Shown one piece after another: positions 26,401-32,395 of a stretch of 64,000 nt of DNA. Each line of letters starts with the position of its first letter. Positions within the stretch are counted from its first letter, which is position 1. The notes beneath the pieces were generated by a model that was not told the origin of the DNA, did not search any database, and worked only from the letters and a program-made list of their open reading frames with translations. The position numbers were made by a program, and so were the translations under genes. This DNA is from Verrucomicrobiota bacterium (GTDB lineage Bacteria > Verrucomicrobiota > Verrucomicrobiia > Limisphaerales > CANJSG01): the NCBI GenBank assembly GCA_947476875.1, contig CANJSG010000001.1:25336-89335 (forward strand), in the 5' to 3' direction.

Positions 26401-27646
26401 GGCTTTGCAGCCGACCGAATGGCAGGGCATCCCGCGCACGTTGTTGCAGGACATCCCCGACACCGCGGCGAACTTCACCTATCGCCTGGTCGAACCCGCC
26501 TTCCAGTTTGCGATGCAGTTGGACCGCCGTGAAGCCACCAAACTTCTCCCGGCCCGCGTCAGTTCCGTGAAACTCACCAGCGTCGTCTCCGATGACGGCG
26601 TCATGCTCACCCAGGTCCGTCTCGACCTCGTGCCCGGCGACAAGCGCCTGCTCAACCTCACGCTTCCGGCCGAGGCGCGCTTCTGGTTCGCCTTCGTCAA
26701 CCAGAACGGCGTCTGGCCTTGGCGCGACCAGGACAAAATCCTGATCCCGCTCGAACAGCAGTCGCGCGCCGACAAACCCACGACCGTCGAATTCTTCTAC
26801 TCCAGCCGCATCGGCAAAGGCGGCTCGGGTTCGGTGAACCTCGCGTTGCTCGGGCCGAAGTTCGATCTGCCGCTCGAAAACATCTCGTGGCAGGTCTACC
26901 TGAACGACCGTTGGAAAGTGACCAAGTGGGCCGGCTCGCTCCAGCTGCAGGACAATGTCCGCGCCGTCGCGCCCGTGTCCGTCGACGTGCAGTCTTATCT
27001 CGCGAACGAGGTGAGCCTGAACAAGGAGAAGACCAAGGCCGCCGAACAGATGCTGACGCTCGGCAACACGCTCCTTGAACGCGGCGACGCCGGCCAGGCG
27101 CGCTGGGCCTTCCAGAACGCCTTCGGACTGAGCCAGCACGACAACGCCTTCAACGAGGACGCCCGCGTCCAGCTGCACAACCTGAAGCTCCAGCAGGCCT
27201 TGATCGGCTTGAACGTGCGGCAATCCGCCGCCGGCGGTGAAGCCGCTTCGACAAAAGGGAACCTCCAGCAGCTCCGCAGCCAGAACACCGTGGCCTACAC
27301 CCAGCAGCAGGCGAAGCAGCTCATCGACGCCAACACGGCCGACGACAACGCCTCGCTCATGAAACTCGCCGAACGCATCATCCAGCAGCAGGACGCCGCC
27401 GTGCCCGCGCCCGCCGCGATCCGCGCTGCGATCCCGCAACAGGGCCGGCTTCTGACCTTCAGCCGCACCGTGCAGGTCGACACCTCGGCCGACCTCGACA
27501 TCCGCCTGACCGCATCGGTCGAGAATGAGGCCTCCTTCGGCACCCGGTTGGGCATCCTGTTCACCGTCTTCGCCGGGTTTGGATTGATGGTGTGGCTTGG
27601 TGGAAAACTTCGTCGAGACAACGCTGAACCGGCCTTGGGCAACTAG
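20417..27646 (+). CDS. Giant (2,409-aa) secreted/membrane-anchored protein built from two paralogous halves; no recognisable named domain
   Basis: The ATG at 20417 gives the signal peptide MKRILTRLVFGTLVLAVSLLSASA. The frame is uninterrupted to 27646. Each half has three (R/Q)G-x-h-x-V...P modules and an LxLTLPA..W..VN...LIPL motif. There is a cluster of about 5 TM helices at about 23630-24260, and a final TM helix LGILFTVFAGFGLMVWLGG near the C-terminus. This may have been two genes originally (see findings). Confidence 0.75.
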   Translation: MKRILTRLVFGTLVLAVSLLSASAADTKVEAKSISINGGAEDGKAKLTIEANLLGHAASERVIHSTTIQHALQITRDKHAHTVVATFDVLQGDPRELTLVLGGEGDIRSVTGSALQDWGVRQETNGVRTLVLRPKRADKPITQLAVTITAERDLRTWANPVKPLTFSSPQSALAQGFLKVDVAADLAAEPINPTGLVPIDAKFLPETLRGTNKADDLEPLAFRLQGASYSIPLNVTTTDPEARSAVVRDFKLEGDLAGGAASFIYSATVRVNNPRGASFTLLAGAVALNELDRHPDWRLRFVNGNFMTVFDKPGDYAVRLRFHAAVKPANGWNSVDFRVASSPLQPVTLRGLAPDTQFAFGNAARPERSGAEFRSFLPPDGTVRLAWKESRPEAEGKLFYAAEMLAQVSVGAGLVRQNALIEGKVMQGELSRIVLMLSGAGNVTAVQGPNVLSWKVEPVPQTQDRMLVVQFNQPQKDAFSLQVQMQTELGALPQSVETMRLKPEGATRFAGHIRVVNEGAVRLEVVKSTGLSQISPEQFPETAATKVWLGAKSGQRFAFRFSSTDFALRIQADNVLPELSVSQLLAYHLGETELAIDGEFELDIREAPLREVLLRIPKGFAIARVTASGLSDYFVREPADQPDAELRLVYGSPIADRQVIQLRLERNGALGQTNWSPPRVEVLKAKSTRGHIAVSADAGFRLTPDRTVGLSDIATAFFPKKVAGIQAAFRLAEPNWEAALRVERLPQSIQADVFHLFSIGEGIAYGSSTMNFFISGAPVSQFLVSLSDEYFNVEFTGKDLRSNWQKTTNGYLVTMNTPVSGAYTLLASYERPFKAQGDTLTFTGARPVDAQNEQGHTLVVSAYQFQVKPSNVSSNLLELETAEVPAEYRLFFDAPILKAYRYASRPFNLQLTLSPLVQGETLSLVVDRAALTTRISKDGDVITDARYFVKNRGNPHLKLTLPADTKLWSVTVNGATVVPVKDGASDLIPLPQRGDPNTVQTLDLKLATRSKNPARVTAAAPIVSAPVLLADWNLEPDAGQKLVYRSGSLAPVGGLPDVSGFAALARIFSHSGDAWLKLGLAGGVLLFGLWAWKWASGNGSHRFGVRHLGGAVVGAVGVLLAAVVLVDLAERASSQRITMSDSITLLAPVQQGGSALTIEVANVANDASGDSFIGRAWPVVLALFVWGYAFLGGRDDSKRLLVMLGWTCMAWAVLRLSNSSGTFFLLVALFLLIHLVVPAGRALFNVPPAPPRNDDPASSATATIVSLLLLLGVTPLAGSAQAAPAGRAKAPAEPPKSLRQVDGSSGTGSASLDGPEGSANTTRRLGGSLRPTGVSSIRSREGAIADSVIQEVRIDEKFALVTAKIRWTAGQGQMLPILLDPGVLTKIVFPSNSVRHVQTILSGKRTHQLVALADGPSEIELQYQLQVGQRAGESGFELATPHGLVNRISVTLPEMDVDVGATNAVSVVRSTGGTNTTVATLVLEPVTRSWISWKPRSRDVRKEKPVFYAEVFQLYAPVGGVIEGVHQVQIRPAQGELGELVFDVPMGATITDVVTPVPPESANRLGFIPNIVSLWRFDPDTRKLRVTLSPQQSKPFTLVVRSQVATGPLPFEQKAGLLGVVGAAGQLGSVGVATGSEVQLDNVTTESLSAINLEDFPVSVLQPLRSQIAGLTLRRAFRHADAKGTLTVKASAVEPDVRVETQETLSLGDDRSLLAVNAALTITRAGIFRVSFALPAGLDVESISGGALSHWTELKSAEGRIITLHLKGRTEGQTQFAVNLAGPGTKSAKNVAVPRLTFREAGKQRGQLVIVPEQGMRLQVATRDGVTQLDPQKSGIRQKGVLAFRLLQPDWALALDVEQVDAWVQVTGLQHLTVTEAQLKATANLQYQIENTGLKALHIRVPANAEGVRFRGEQVADFLPVAGSVTNGLQTWEVKLHRRIIGKYLLQATWQTPLAEASTNALAIGIQADEANLQRGFVTVQSSGRLQLRIGALPAALQPTEWQGIPRTLLQDIPDTAANFTYRLVEPAFQFAMQLDRREATKLLPARVSSVKLTSVVSDDGVMLTQVRLDLVPGDKRLLNLTLPAEARFWFAFVNQNGVWPWRDQDKILIPLEQQSRADKPTTVEFFYSSRIGKGGSGSVNLALLGPKFDLPLENISWQVYLNDRWKVTKWAGSLQLQDNVRAVAPVSVDVQSYLANEVSLNKEKTKAAEQMLTLGNTLLERGDAGQARWAFQNAFGLSQHDNAFNEDARVQLHNLKLQQALIGLNVRQSAAGGEAASTKGNLQQLRSQNTVAYTQQQAKQLIDANTADDNASLMKLAERIIQQQDAAVPAPAAIRAAIPQQGRLLTFSRTVQVDTSADLDIRLTASVENEASFGTRLGILFTVFAGFGLMVWLGGKLRRDNAEPALGN
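24269..24415. repeat. Inverted-repeat element copy B, inserted in frame inside the giant ORF
   Basis: Left arm ccggtagggcgaaggctcccgccgagccgcc (24270-24300) and right arm ggcggctcggcgggagccttcgccctaccgg (24384-24414) are perfect reverse complements, 32 bp if the flanking g/c pair is included. The total is 147 bp, or 49 codons, with no stop in the host frame. Confidence 0.85.
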
Positions 27647-27709
27647 GGCGTGTCTGCAGGCCGTGCACGCATCCCGAACGTGCCCGTGACGAGGGATGAA
27701 GTCGGGGGA

Positions 27710-27870
27710 GGCAGGGCGCAGGCTCCCGCCAAGCCGCCTCGAAACTTTCTCGAACCAAGGTCCGCCACGGCGGCCATGCAGGACAACCGCCGCCGCTGAT
27801 GGGCTCCCCGGAATAGCCTGCCCGGTCTTCGCAAGCCACAAGGCGGCTCGGCCGGAGCCGTCGCCCTACC
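27710..27870. repeat. Inverted-repeat element copy C (diverged arms)
   Basis: ggcagggcgcaggctcccgccaagccgcc (27710-27738) pairs with aggcggctcggccggagccgtcgccctacc (27841-27870), about 25 of 30 positions complementary. Lies immediately downstream of the giant ORF stop. Confidence 0.7.
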
Positions 27871-27938
27871 TGGGCGCGCACGCCCGGCCGCGCGATCCCG
27901 CTCTTCACTTCGGCCCGGCTGGTCCGCAGTCTTCGCCC

Positions 27939-28718
27939 GTGGAACTTGTCTGGCTTTGTGGATTCGCCTTTCTCGCCGGGCTGGTGGATTCGCTGGTCGG
28001 TGGCGGCGGGTTGATCCAGCTCCCGGCGTTGTTCGTCCTGCTGCCCAAGGATGTCGCCACGCAGGTCGCAACGGTCTTCGGCACGAACAAACTCTCCTCC
28101 CTCTGCGGCACGACGATCGCCGTGGTGCAGTATGCGCGACGGGTTCCAATCCGGTGGGCGACCATCCTGCCGGCCACGATTGCGGCGTTTATCTTTTCGT
28201 TCCTTGGCGCGCGGGCGGTGACCGGCTTCAAGACAGACGCCTTCAAACCGGTCATCCTCGTCCTGCTCATGGCGGTGGCGCTCTACACCTACTGGAACAA
28301 GAACCTCGGCGGGGAACATCGGCCGAAGTTCTCCGCGAACCGCGAACTGCTCTGGGGTGTGCTGACGGGAATGGTGATCGGATTTTATGACGGGTTCTTC
28401 GGGCCGGGCACGGGCAGTTTCCTGATCTTTATCTTCATCGGCTGGTTCGGCTTGGATTTCCTCAACGCGTCGGCCAGCGCCAAGGTGGTCAACTTCGCGA
28501 CCAACCTTTCCGCCGTGCTCTACTTCGCCGCGACGGACCACATCCTCTACGCCTACGCCCTGCCGATGGGCGCGTGCAACGTGCTCGGATCGCTCGTCGG
28601 AACGCGTCTCGCGATCCTCAAGGGGAATCGCTTTATCCGCTGGTTCTTCCTCTTCGTCGTGGGCGCGATGATCATGCGGTTCGGTTGGGAAGTGCTTTCC
28701 GGCGGGGTGGGGAAATGA
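27939..28718 (+). CDS. TSUP (TauE/SafE, DUF81) family anion exporter
   Basis: A GTG start at 27939 gives VELVWLCGFAFLAGLVDSLVGGGGLIQLPALF, the canonical TSUP N-terminus. About 259 aa with about 8 TM helices. The upstream part of the track ORF (from 27696) overlaps repeat copy C and is not protein-like. Confidence 0.8.
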   Translation: MELVWLCGFAFLAGLVDSLVGGGGLIQLPALFVLLPKDVATQVATVFGTNKLSSLCGTTIAVVQYARRVPIRWATILPATIAAFIFSFLGARAVTGFKTDAFKPVILVLLMAVALYTYWNKNLGGEHRPKFSANRELLWGVLTGMVIGFYDGFFGPGTGSFLIFIFIGWFGLDFLNASASAKVVNFATNLSAVLYFAATDHILYAYALPMGACNVLGSLVGTRLAILKGNRFIRWFFLFVVGAMIMRFGWEVLSGGVGK

Positions 28719-28813
28719 CTCAGGCTGATTGGATCCACGCCGGTGATCGCAGGCCGTGAATTTTTGGGTGGATTGCAGATGGCGTCGGAAAAAAGTCGCG
28801 GTAGAAGTTACCC

Positions 28814-29965
28814 ATGCCTTCGCGAGTCGCAGTCGCATTCACTCGAGCCGCACTGGCCCTGCGGTTGCTGGCGGGGTTGCTACTGCCGCTCATGGCGCAG
28901 GCGGATCCGGGCCCGGCGAACGACAATTTTGCCAACGCCGTCGTCATCGACGGGGCGCTGGAGACCAACGTGGTTTTGAGCGCGTCCAACGTCGGGGCCA
29001 CCTTCGAGCCGGGTGAACCGTTCCATGCCGAAAGCCCTTCCGGACGTTCCGTGTGGTGGACCTGGACCGCCACGGTCAACGGCAGCGTCTCGATCTCCAC
29101 GGCCGGGAGCAGCTTCGACACGCTGCTGGGCATCTACACCGGGTCCTCGGTCAGCGGGCTCGTGTCCGTCATCAGCAGCGACGATGAAGTGGGAAAGAAG
29201 ACCAGCCGGGTGCTGTTCCGGGCGATTGGCGGTGAGACTTATCGCATCGCCGTGGACGGCTTTCAGGGCGAGTCGGGGAGTATCGTTCTGACCGTCGCCA
29301 AGGCCGGCATTCCGTATGTGCCCGGCTGGGCCCTCAGTGACATCGATGGAAACACGATCCAGTCCAGCGACTACCGGAACAAGGTCCTGCTCGTCGACTT
29401 CTGGTCGGTGACCTGCGCCGGCTGCATCGAGGAGATGCCCGGCTTCGTCAACCTTCAGACCAACCTCCACGCCCTCGGATTCCAGGTCGTCGGTCTCTAC
29501 AAGACGACCCAACTCTACGAGGTCCGGGGAATCGTCGAGTCGCAGCACATCAACTTCCCGATGGCCGAGCTGACCCCGGAAGTGGAGGCGAAACTCGCGC
29601 CGCTCCAGACCTTGCCGTCCTCCACCATCCTCGCATTTCCCACCACGTTCGTCTTCGACCGGGAAGGCCGGTTGGTCGCGCGGGTGGCCGACGGTGGAAA
29701 GGACCTGCGATTCTTTCAGGATCTCATTCGTCCGCTGATGAGATTTTCGAGCGGGGGCAGGCTGCAGACGCAATGGCAGGGCAACAGCCTGAAGCTGACG
29801 TGGCCCGGGGCCGAGGACGGGGACATCATCGAGTCCTCGACGAATCTGACTTCGGGGGCGTGGACGCCTGCGCTCACCCTCTTCGGCCACACCAGCCTCA
29901 CGCTGCCCGCCGGGGCGGAGAACCGGTTCTACCGGCTGAGGAAGCCGGTGCCGGCGGGGCAGTAA
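28814..29965 (+). CDS. Secreted three-domain protein: PPC-like beta-sandwich, TlpA/redoxin thioredoxin-fold domain (CxxC) and a C-terminal beta domain
   Basis: Signal peptide (LLAGLLLPLMAQA). Then PANDNFANAVVI...GEPFHA...SVWWTWTA...FDTLLGIYTG, a pre-peptidase-C-terminal-like domain. Then LLVDFWSVTCAGCIEEMP, a TlpA/ResA-type CxxC. The C-terminus ends ...AENRFYRLRKP. Confidence 0.75.
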   Translation: MPSRVAVAFTRAALALRLLAGLLLPLMAQADPGPANDNFANAVVIDGALETNVVLSASNVGATFEPGEPFHAESPSGRSVWWTWTATVNGSVSISTAGSSFDTLLGIYTGSSVSGLVSVISSDDEVGKKTSRVLFRAIGGETYRIAVDGFQGESGSIVLTVAKAGIPYVPGWALSDIDGNTIQSSDYRNKVLLVDFWSVTCAGCIEEMPGFVNLQTNLHALGFQVVGLYKTTQLYEVRGIVESQHINFPMAELTPEVEAKLAPLQTLPSSTILAFPTTFVFDREGRLVARVADGGKDLRFFQDLIRPLMRFSSGGRLQTQWQGNSLKLTWPGAEDGDIIESSTNLTSGAWTPALTLFGHTSLTLPAGAENRFYRLRKPVPAGQ

Positions 29966-30016
29966 TGATCTGGATTCGAATAGCTATCTGGTGAACGAGG
30001 TGGCCAATTTTTCAGA

Positions 30017-30286
30017 ATGAACAAGCGAACAGTTTGGATATGGTTGGCGATTGTCGCCGGACTGGTTCTTCAGATTGGGTTCGGGTATCTGGGAAGGCGC
30101 AGTTCAAACCCAGCTAACGCGAATACATGGCTGGGAATGACCGGCACAATTCTTCTGCTCATCGGCTGTGCCGCCTATTCGGAGAAGAAAGGATACTCTC
30201 GAAACTACGGGGCGCTTGCCCTCTTGAGCGTATTCGGGGTCGTCTTTTTGATTTTATTGCCCCGTCGCGGTGGGAGTTCTTCTTAA
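30017..30286 (+). CDS. Small membrane protein (89 aa, 3 predicted TM helices)
   Basis: ATG start and three hydrophobic helices (VWIWLAIVAGLVLQIGFGYL, GMTGTILLLIGCAAY, ALALLSVFGVVFLILL). The local sequence looks less GC-rich than its neighbours. I recognise no family. Confidence 0.45.
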   Translation: MNKRTVWIWLAIVAGLVLQIGFGYLGRRSSNPANANTWLGMTGTILLLIGCAAYSEKKGYSRNYGALALLSVFGVVFLILLPRRGGSSS

Positions 30287-30359
30287 CGGCTCTGCTCACG
30301 AAGGTCACTCGCCGCATGCCCTCCCTTCGGATGTCAGGGTTTCGTCCGAGATGCCTCCT

Positions 30360-31520
30360 TCACAGCTTCAACACCAACTGCCGCAGCTCTCCTTCCGTCA
30401 GGCCGCTGACGCCGAGACCGAGGAGGCGGAGCGGGCGGTTCACCAGTCGTTCGCGGCCGAGGAGCCAGCAGCCGAGGCGGTAGATCTCCCGGGCTTCCGT
30501 CATCGGGTCCTCGACGGAGATCTGGCGTGTCAACGTGCTGAAGTCCCCGTAGCGCACCTTGACCTGAATGGTGTGAGCGGCGAGGCGGCGGCGCTGGAGT
30601 TTTCCGGCGATGTCGTCGGCCTGTTCGCGGAGGCAGGCGCGCAAGGTCGGACGATCGTCGGTGTCGTGGTGGAAGGTGTTCTCCGCGCTGATGCTCTTCA
30701 CCTCGTCGCCGAGATCAAGCGGCCGGTCGTCGTCGCCTACGGCGTAGCGTTTGAGCTGCGGGCCCCACGAACCGACCACGCTCCGCAGATCGCCCGGGTA
30801 ATCCTGAAGATCTGCGACGGTCTTCAACCCGACGCGGACAAGCTCGGCTTCCGTCACCTTGCCGATGCCGTGGATGGCGCGCACGGGCAACGGGCGGAGG
30901 AAGGCGACCTTCTCCGATTCGAGGACGAGCGTGAGGCCGTCGGGCTTCTGGAAATCGCTGGCCAGCTTGGCGAGGAGCTTGTTCGGCGCGACGCCGATGC
31001 TGGCAGTCAGACGGCGCTGCTGCTGGATAGTCGCCTTCATCTCGCGGGCCAGCGGCAGCGCCCGGCGCAACATCGAATCCGCGTCGCCGGCGCCGGCAAA
31101 CCGGTCGGTGACGTCCACGTAGGCCTCGTCGACGGACACCTGCTGGATCAAACCCCCGGCGAACTTCTGGACGAGCGCCATGATCTCGTGCGACTCGGCG
31201 CGATAGGCCTCCATGCGCGGCCGGATGAACACGCCATGGGGACACAGCTTTCCCGCCGTCGAGCTGGGCATGGCCGAACGGACGCCGAACTTCCGCGCCT
31301 CATAGCTCGCCGCGCAGACAACGCCACGTTGCTGCGGCGACGAGCCGACGATGACCGGCTGGCCGCGCAACGCCGGGTTGTCCCGCTGCTCCACGGACGC
31401 GTAGAAGGCGTCCATGTCGAGATGGAGGATGACACGCGGCACGGGGCGAAAGGTGGGGGGCCGGACGTGAAAGGTGAAGGGAGGAAGCAACGGCGGATGC
31501 CGGATAACCGAATCAACCAA
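30360..31520 (-). CDS. dinB: DNA polymerase IV (Y-family translesion polymerase)
   Basis: ILHLDMDAFYASVEQRDNPALRGQPVIVG, SYEARKFGVRSAMP, VSVDEAYVDVT and GIGKVTEAEL motifs. The true start may lie a few codons downstream of 31520. Confidence 0.93.
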   Translation of the reverse strand: MVDSVIRHPPLLPPFTFHVRPPTFRPVPRVILHLDMDAFYASVEQRDNPALRGQPVIVGSSPQQRGVVCAASYEARKFGVRSAMPSSTAGKLCPHGVFIRPRMEAYRAESHEIMALVQKFAGGLIQQVSVDEAYVDVTDRFAGAGDADSMLRRALPLAREMKATIQQQRRLTASIGVAPNKLLAKLASDFQKPDGLTLVLESEKVAFLRPLPVRAIHGIGKVTEAELVRVGLKTVADLQDYPGDLRSVVGSWGPQLKRYAVGDDDRPLDLGDEVKSISAENTFHHDTDDRPTLRACLREQADDIAGKLQRRRLAAHTIQVKVRYGDFSTLTRQISVEDPMTEAREIYRLGCWLLGRERLVNRPLRLLGLGVSGLTEGELRQLVLKL

Positions 31521-31544
31521 TCAGGGATCAGGGATCAGGGATCC
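31521..31544. repeat. Heptanucleotide tandem repeat (CAGGGAT)x3
   Basis: t-cagggat-cagggat-cagggat-cc lies directly upstream of the dinB ORF start, in the divergent intergenic region with the dienelactone hydrolase gene. Confidence 0.85.
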
Positions 31545-31598
31545 GCTTCCCCTCATCACGCTTCTCAACGCAGGCTCGCTCGCTACGCTCGCTCCACC

Positions 31599-32387
31599 AT
31601 GACGATCAAAGACAGCGAGATGGCCGAACTCTCCACGCCCACGGGTCCGATGCGGGTCCACCTCTTCCGGCCGCAGGCGCCGGGCAAATATCCCGGCGTG
31701 GTGCTCTACTCCGAGATCTTCCAGGCGACCCAGCCGATCCGGCGCACGGCGGCGTTTCTCGCGGGGCATGGTTATGTCGTGGTCGTGCCGGAGATCTGGC
31801 ACGAGTTTGAACCCGCCGGCCGCATCCTCGCCTACGACCAGGCCGGCGCCGATCGCGGCAATGCGTTGAAACTGGAAAAGGAACTTCGCGGCCTCGACGG
31901 CGATTCGCGCGCCAGCCTCGATTTCCTCAAGGCGCATCCCAACTGCACCGGCAAGCTCGGTGTCGTGGGCATCTGCATCGGCGGCCACCTGAGTTTCCGT
32001 GCGGCGGCGAAGAATCCCGACGTGCTCGCAGCCGTCTGCTTCTACGCCACCGACATCCACAAGGGTTCCCTCAGCAAGACCGGCGACGACACGCTGGCCT
32101 GCGCCAAGGACATCAAGGGCGAGTTGCTGATGTTCTGGGGCCGGCAGGACCCGCACGTGCCGTTGGAAGGACGGAAGAAAATCTACAACGCGCTCTGCGA
32201 ACTGAACGTGAACTTCACCTGGCACGAGTTCAACGGACAGCACGCCTTCCTGCGCGACGAAGGCCCCCGCCATGATCCCGCACTCGCGCTCCAATGCCAG
32301 TTGATGACCCTGGAGCTGCTCCACCGGCGGCTGGGTGAAGGCGACCAGCCCGTGGCTCCGGCCGGTCCGGCTGAATCCAAGCACTGA
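31599..32387 (+). CDS. Dienelactone hydrolase family protein (carboxymethylenebutenolidase-like)
   Basis: MTIKDSEMAELSTPTGPMRVHLFRPQAPGKYPGVVLYSEIF..., nucleophile region GVVGICIGGHLSF, and C-terminal ..FNGQHAFLRDEG. Only the last 262 aa of track ORF 30270-32387 are credible; the remainder is antisense to dinB. Confidence 0.85.
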   Translation: MTIKDSEMAELSTPTGPMRVHLFRPQAPGKYPGVVLYSEIFQATQPIRRTAAFLAGHGYVVVVPEIWHEFEPAGRILAYDQAGADRGNALKLEKELRGLDGDSRASLDFLKAHPNCTGKLGVVGICIGGHLSFRAAAKNPDVLAAVCFYATDIHKGSLSKTGDDTLACAKDIKGELLMFWGRQDPHVPLEGRKKIYNALCELNVNFTWHEFNGQHAFLRDEGPRHDPALALQCQLMTLELLHRRLGEGDQPVAPAGPAESKH

Positions 32388-32395
32388 CCGGGGCG

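Noticed and set aside
27696-27938. The N-terminal 81 codons of the 340-aa track ORF for the TSUP transporter.
   Set aside because: This part overlaps inverted-repeat copy C, so the peptide is a repeat artefact. TSUP proteins are about 250-260 aa and begin with the ..LL.FAFLAG..D...GGGG segment found right after the GTG at 27939.
31521-31544. I considered whether the heptamer arrays (also at 41520 and 56933) could be a degenerate CRISPR array or part of an IS end.
   Set aside because: The units are 7 nt with no spacers, the arrays span only 21-48 nt, and there are no cas or transposase genes nearby. They are reported instead as simple tandem repeats.
30270-31598. The first 443 codons of the 705-aa plus-strand ORF.
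   Set aside because: This part is antisense to dinB, which has unmistakable Y-family polymerase motifs. Only the C-terminal 262 aa (dienelactone hydrolase) are credible.
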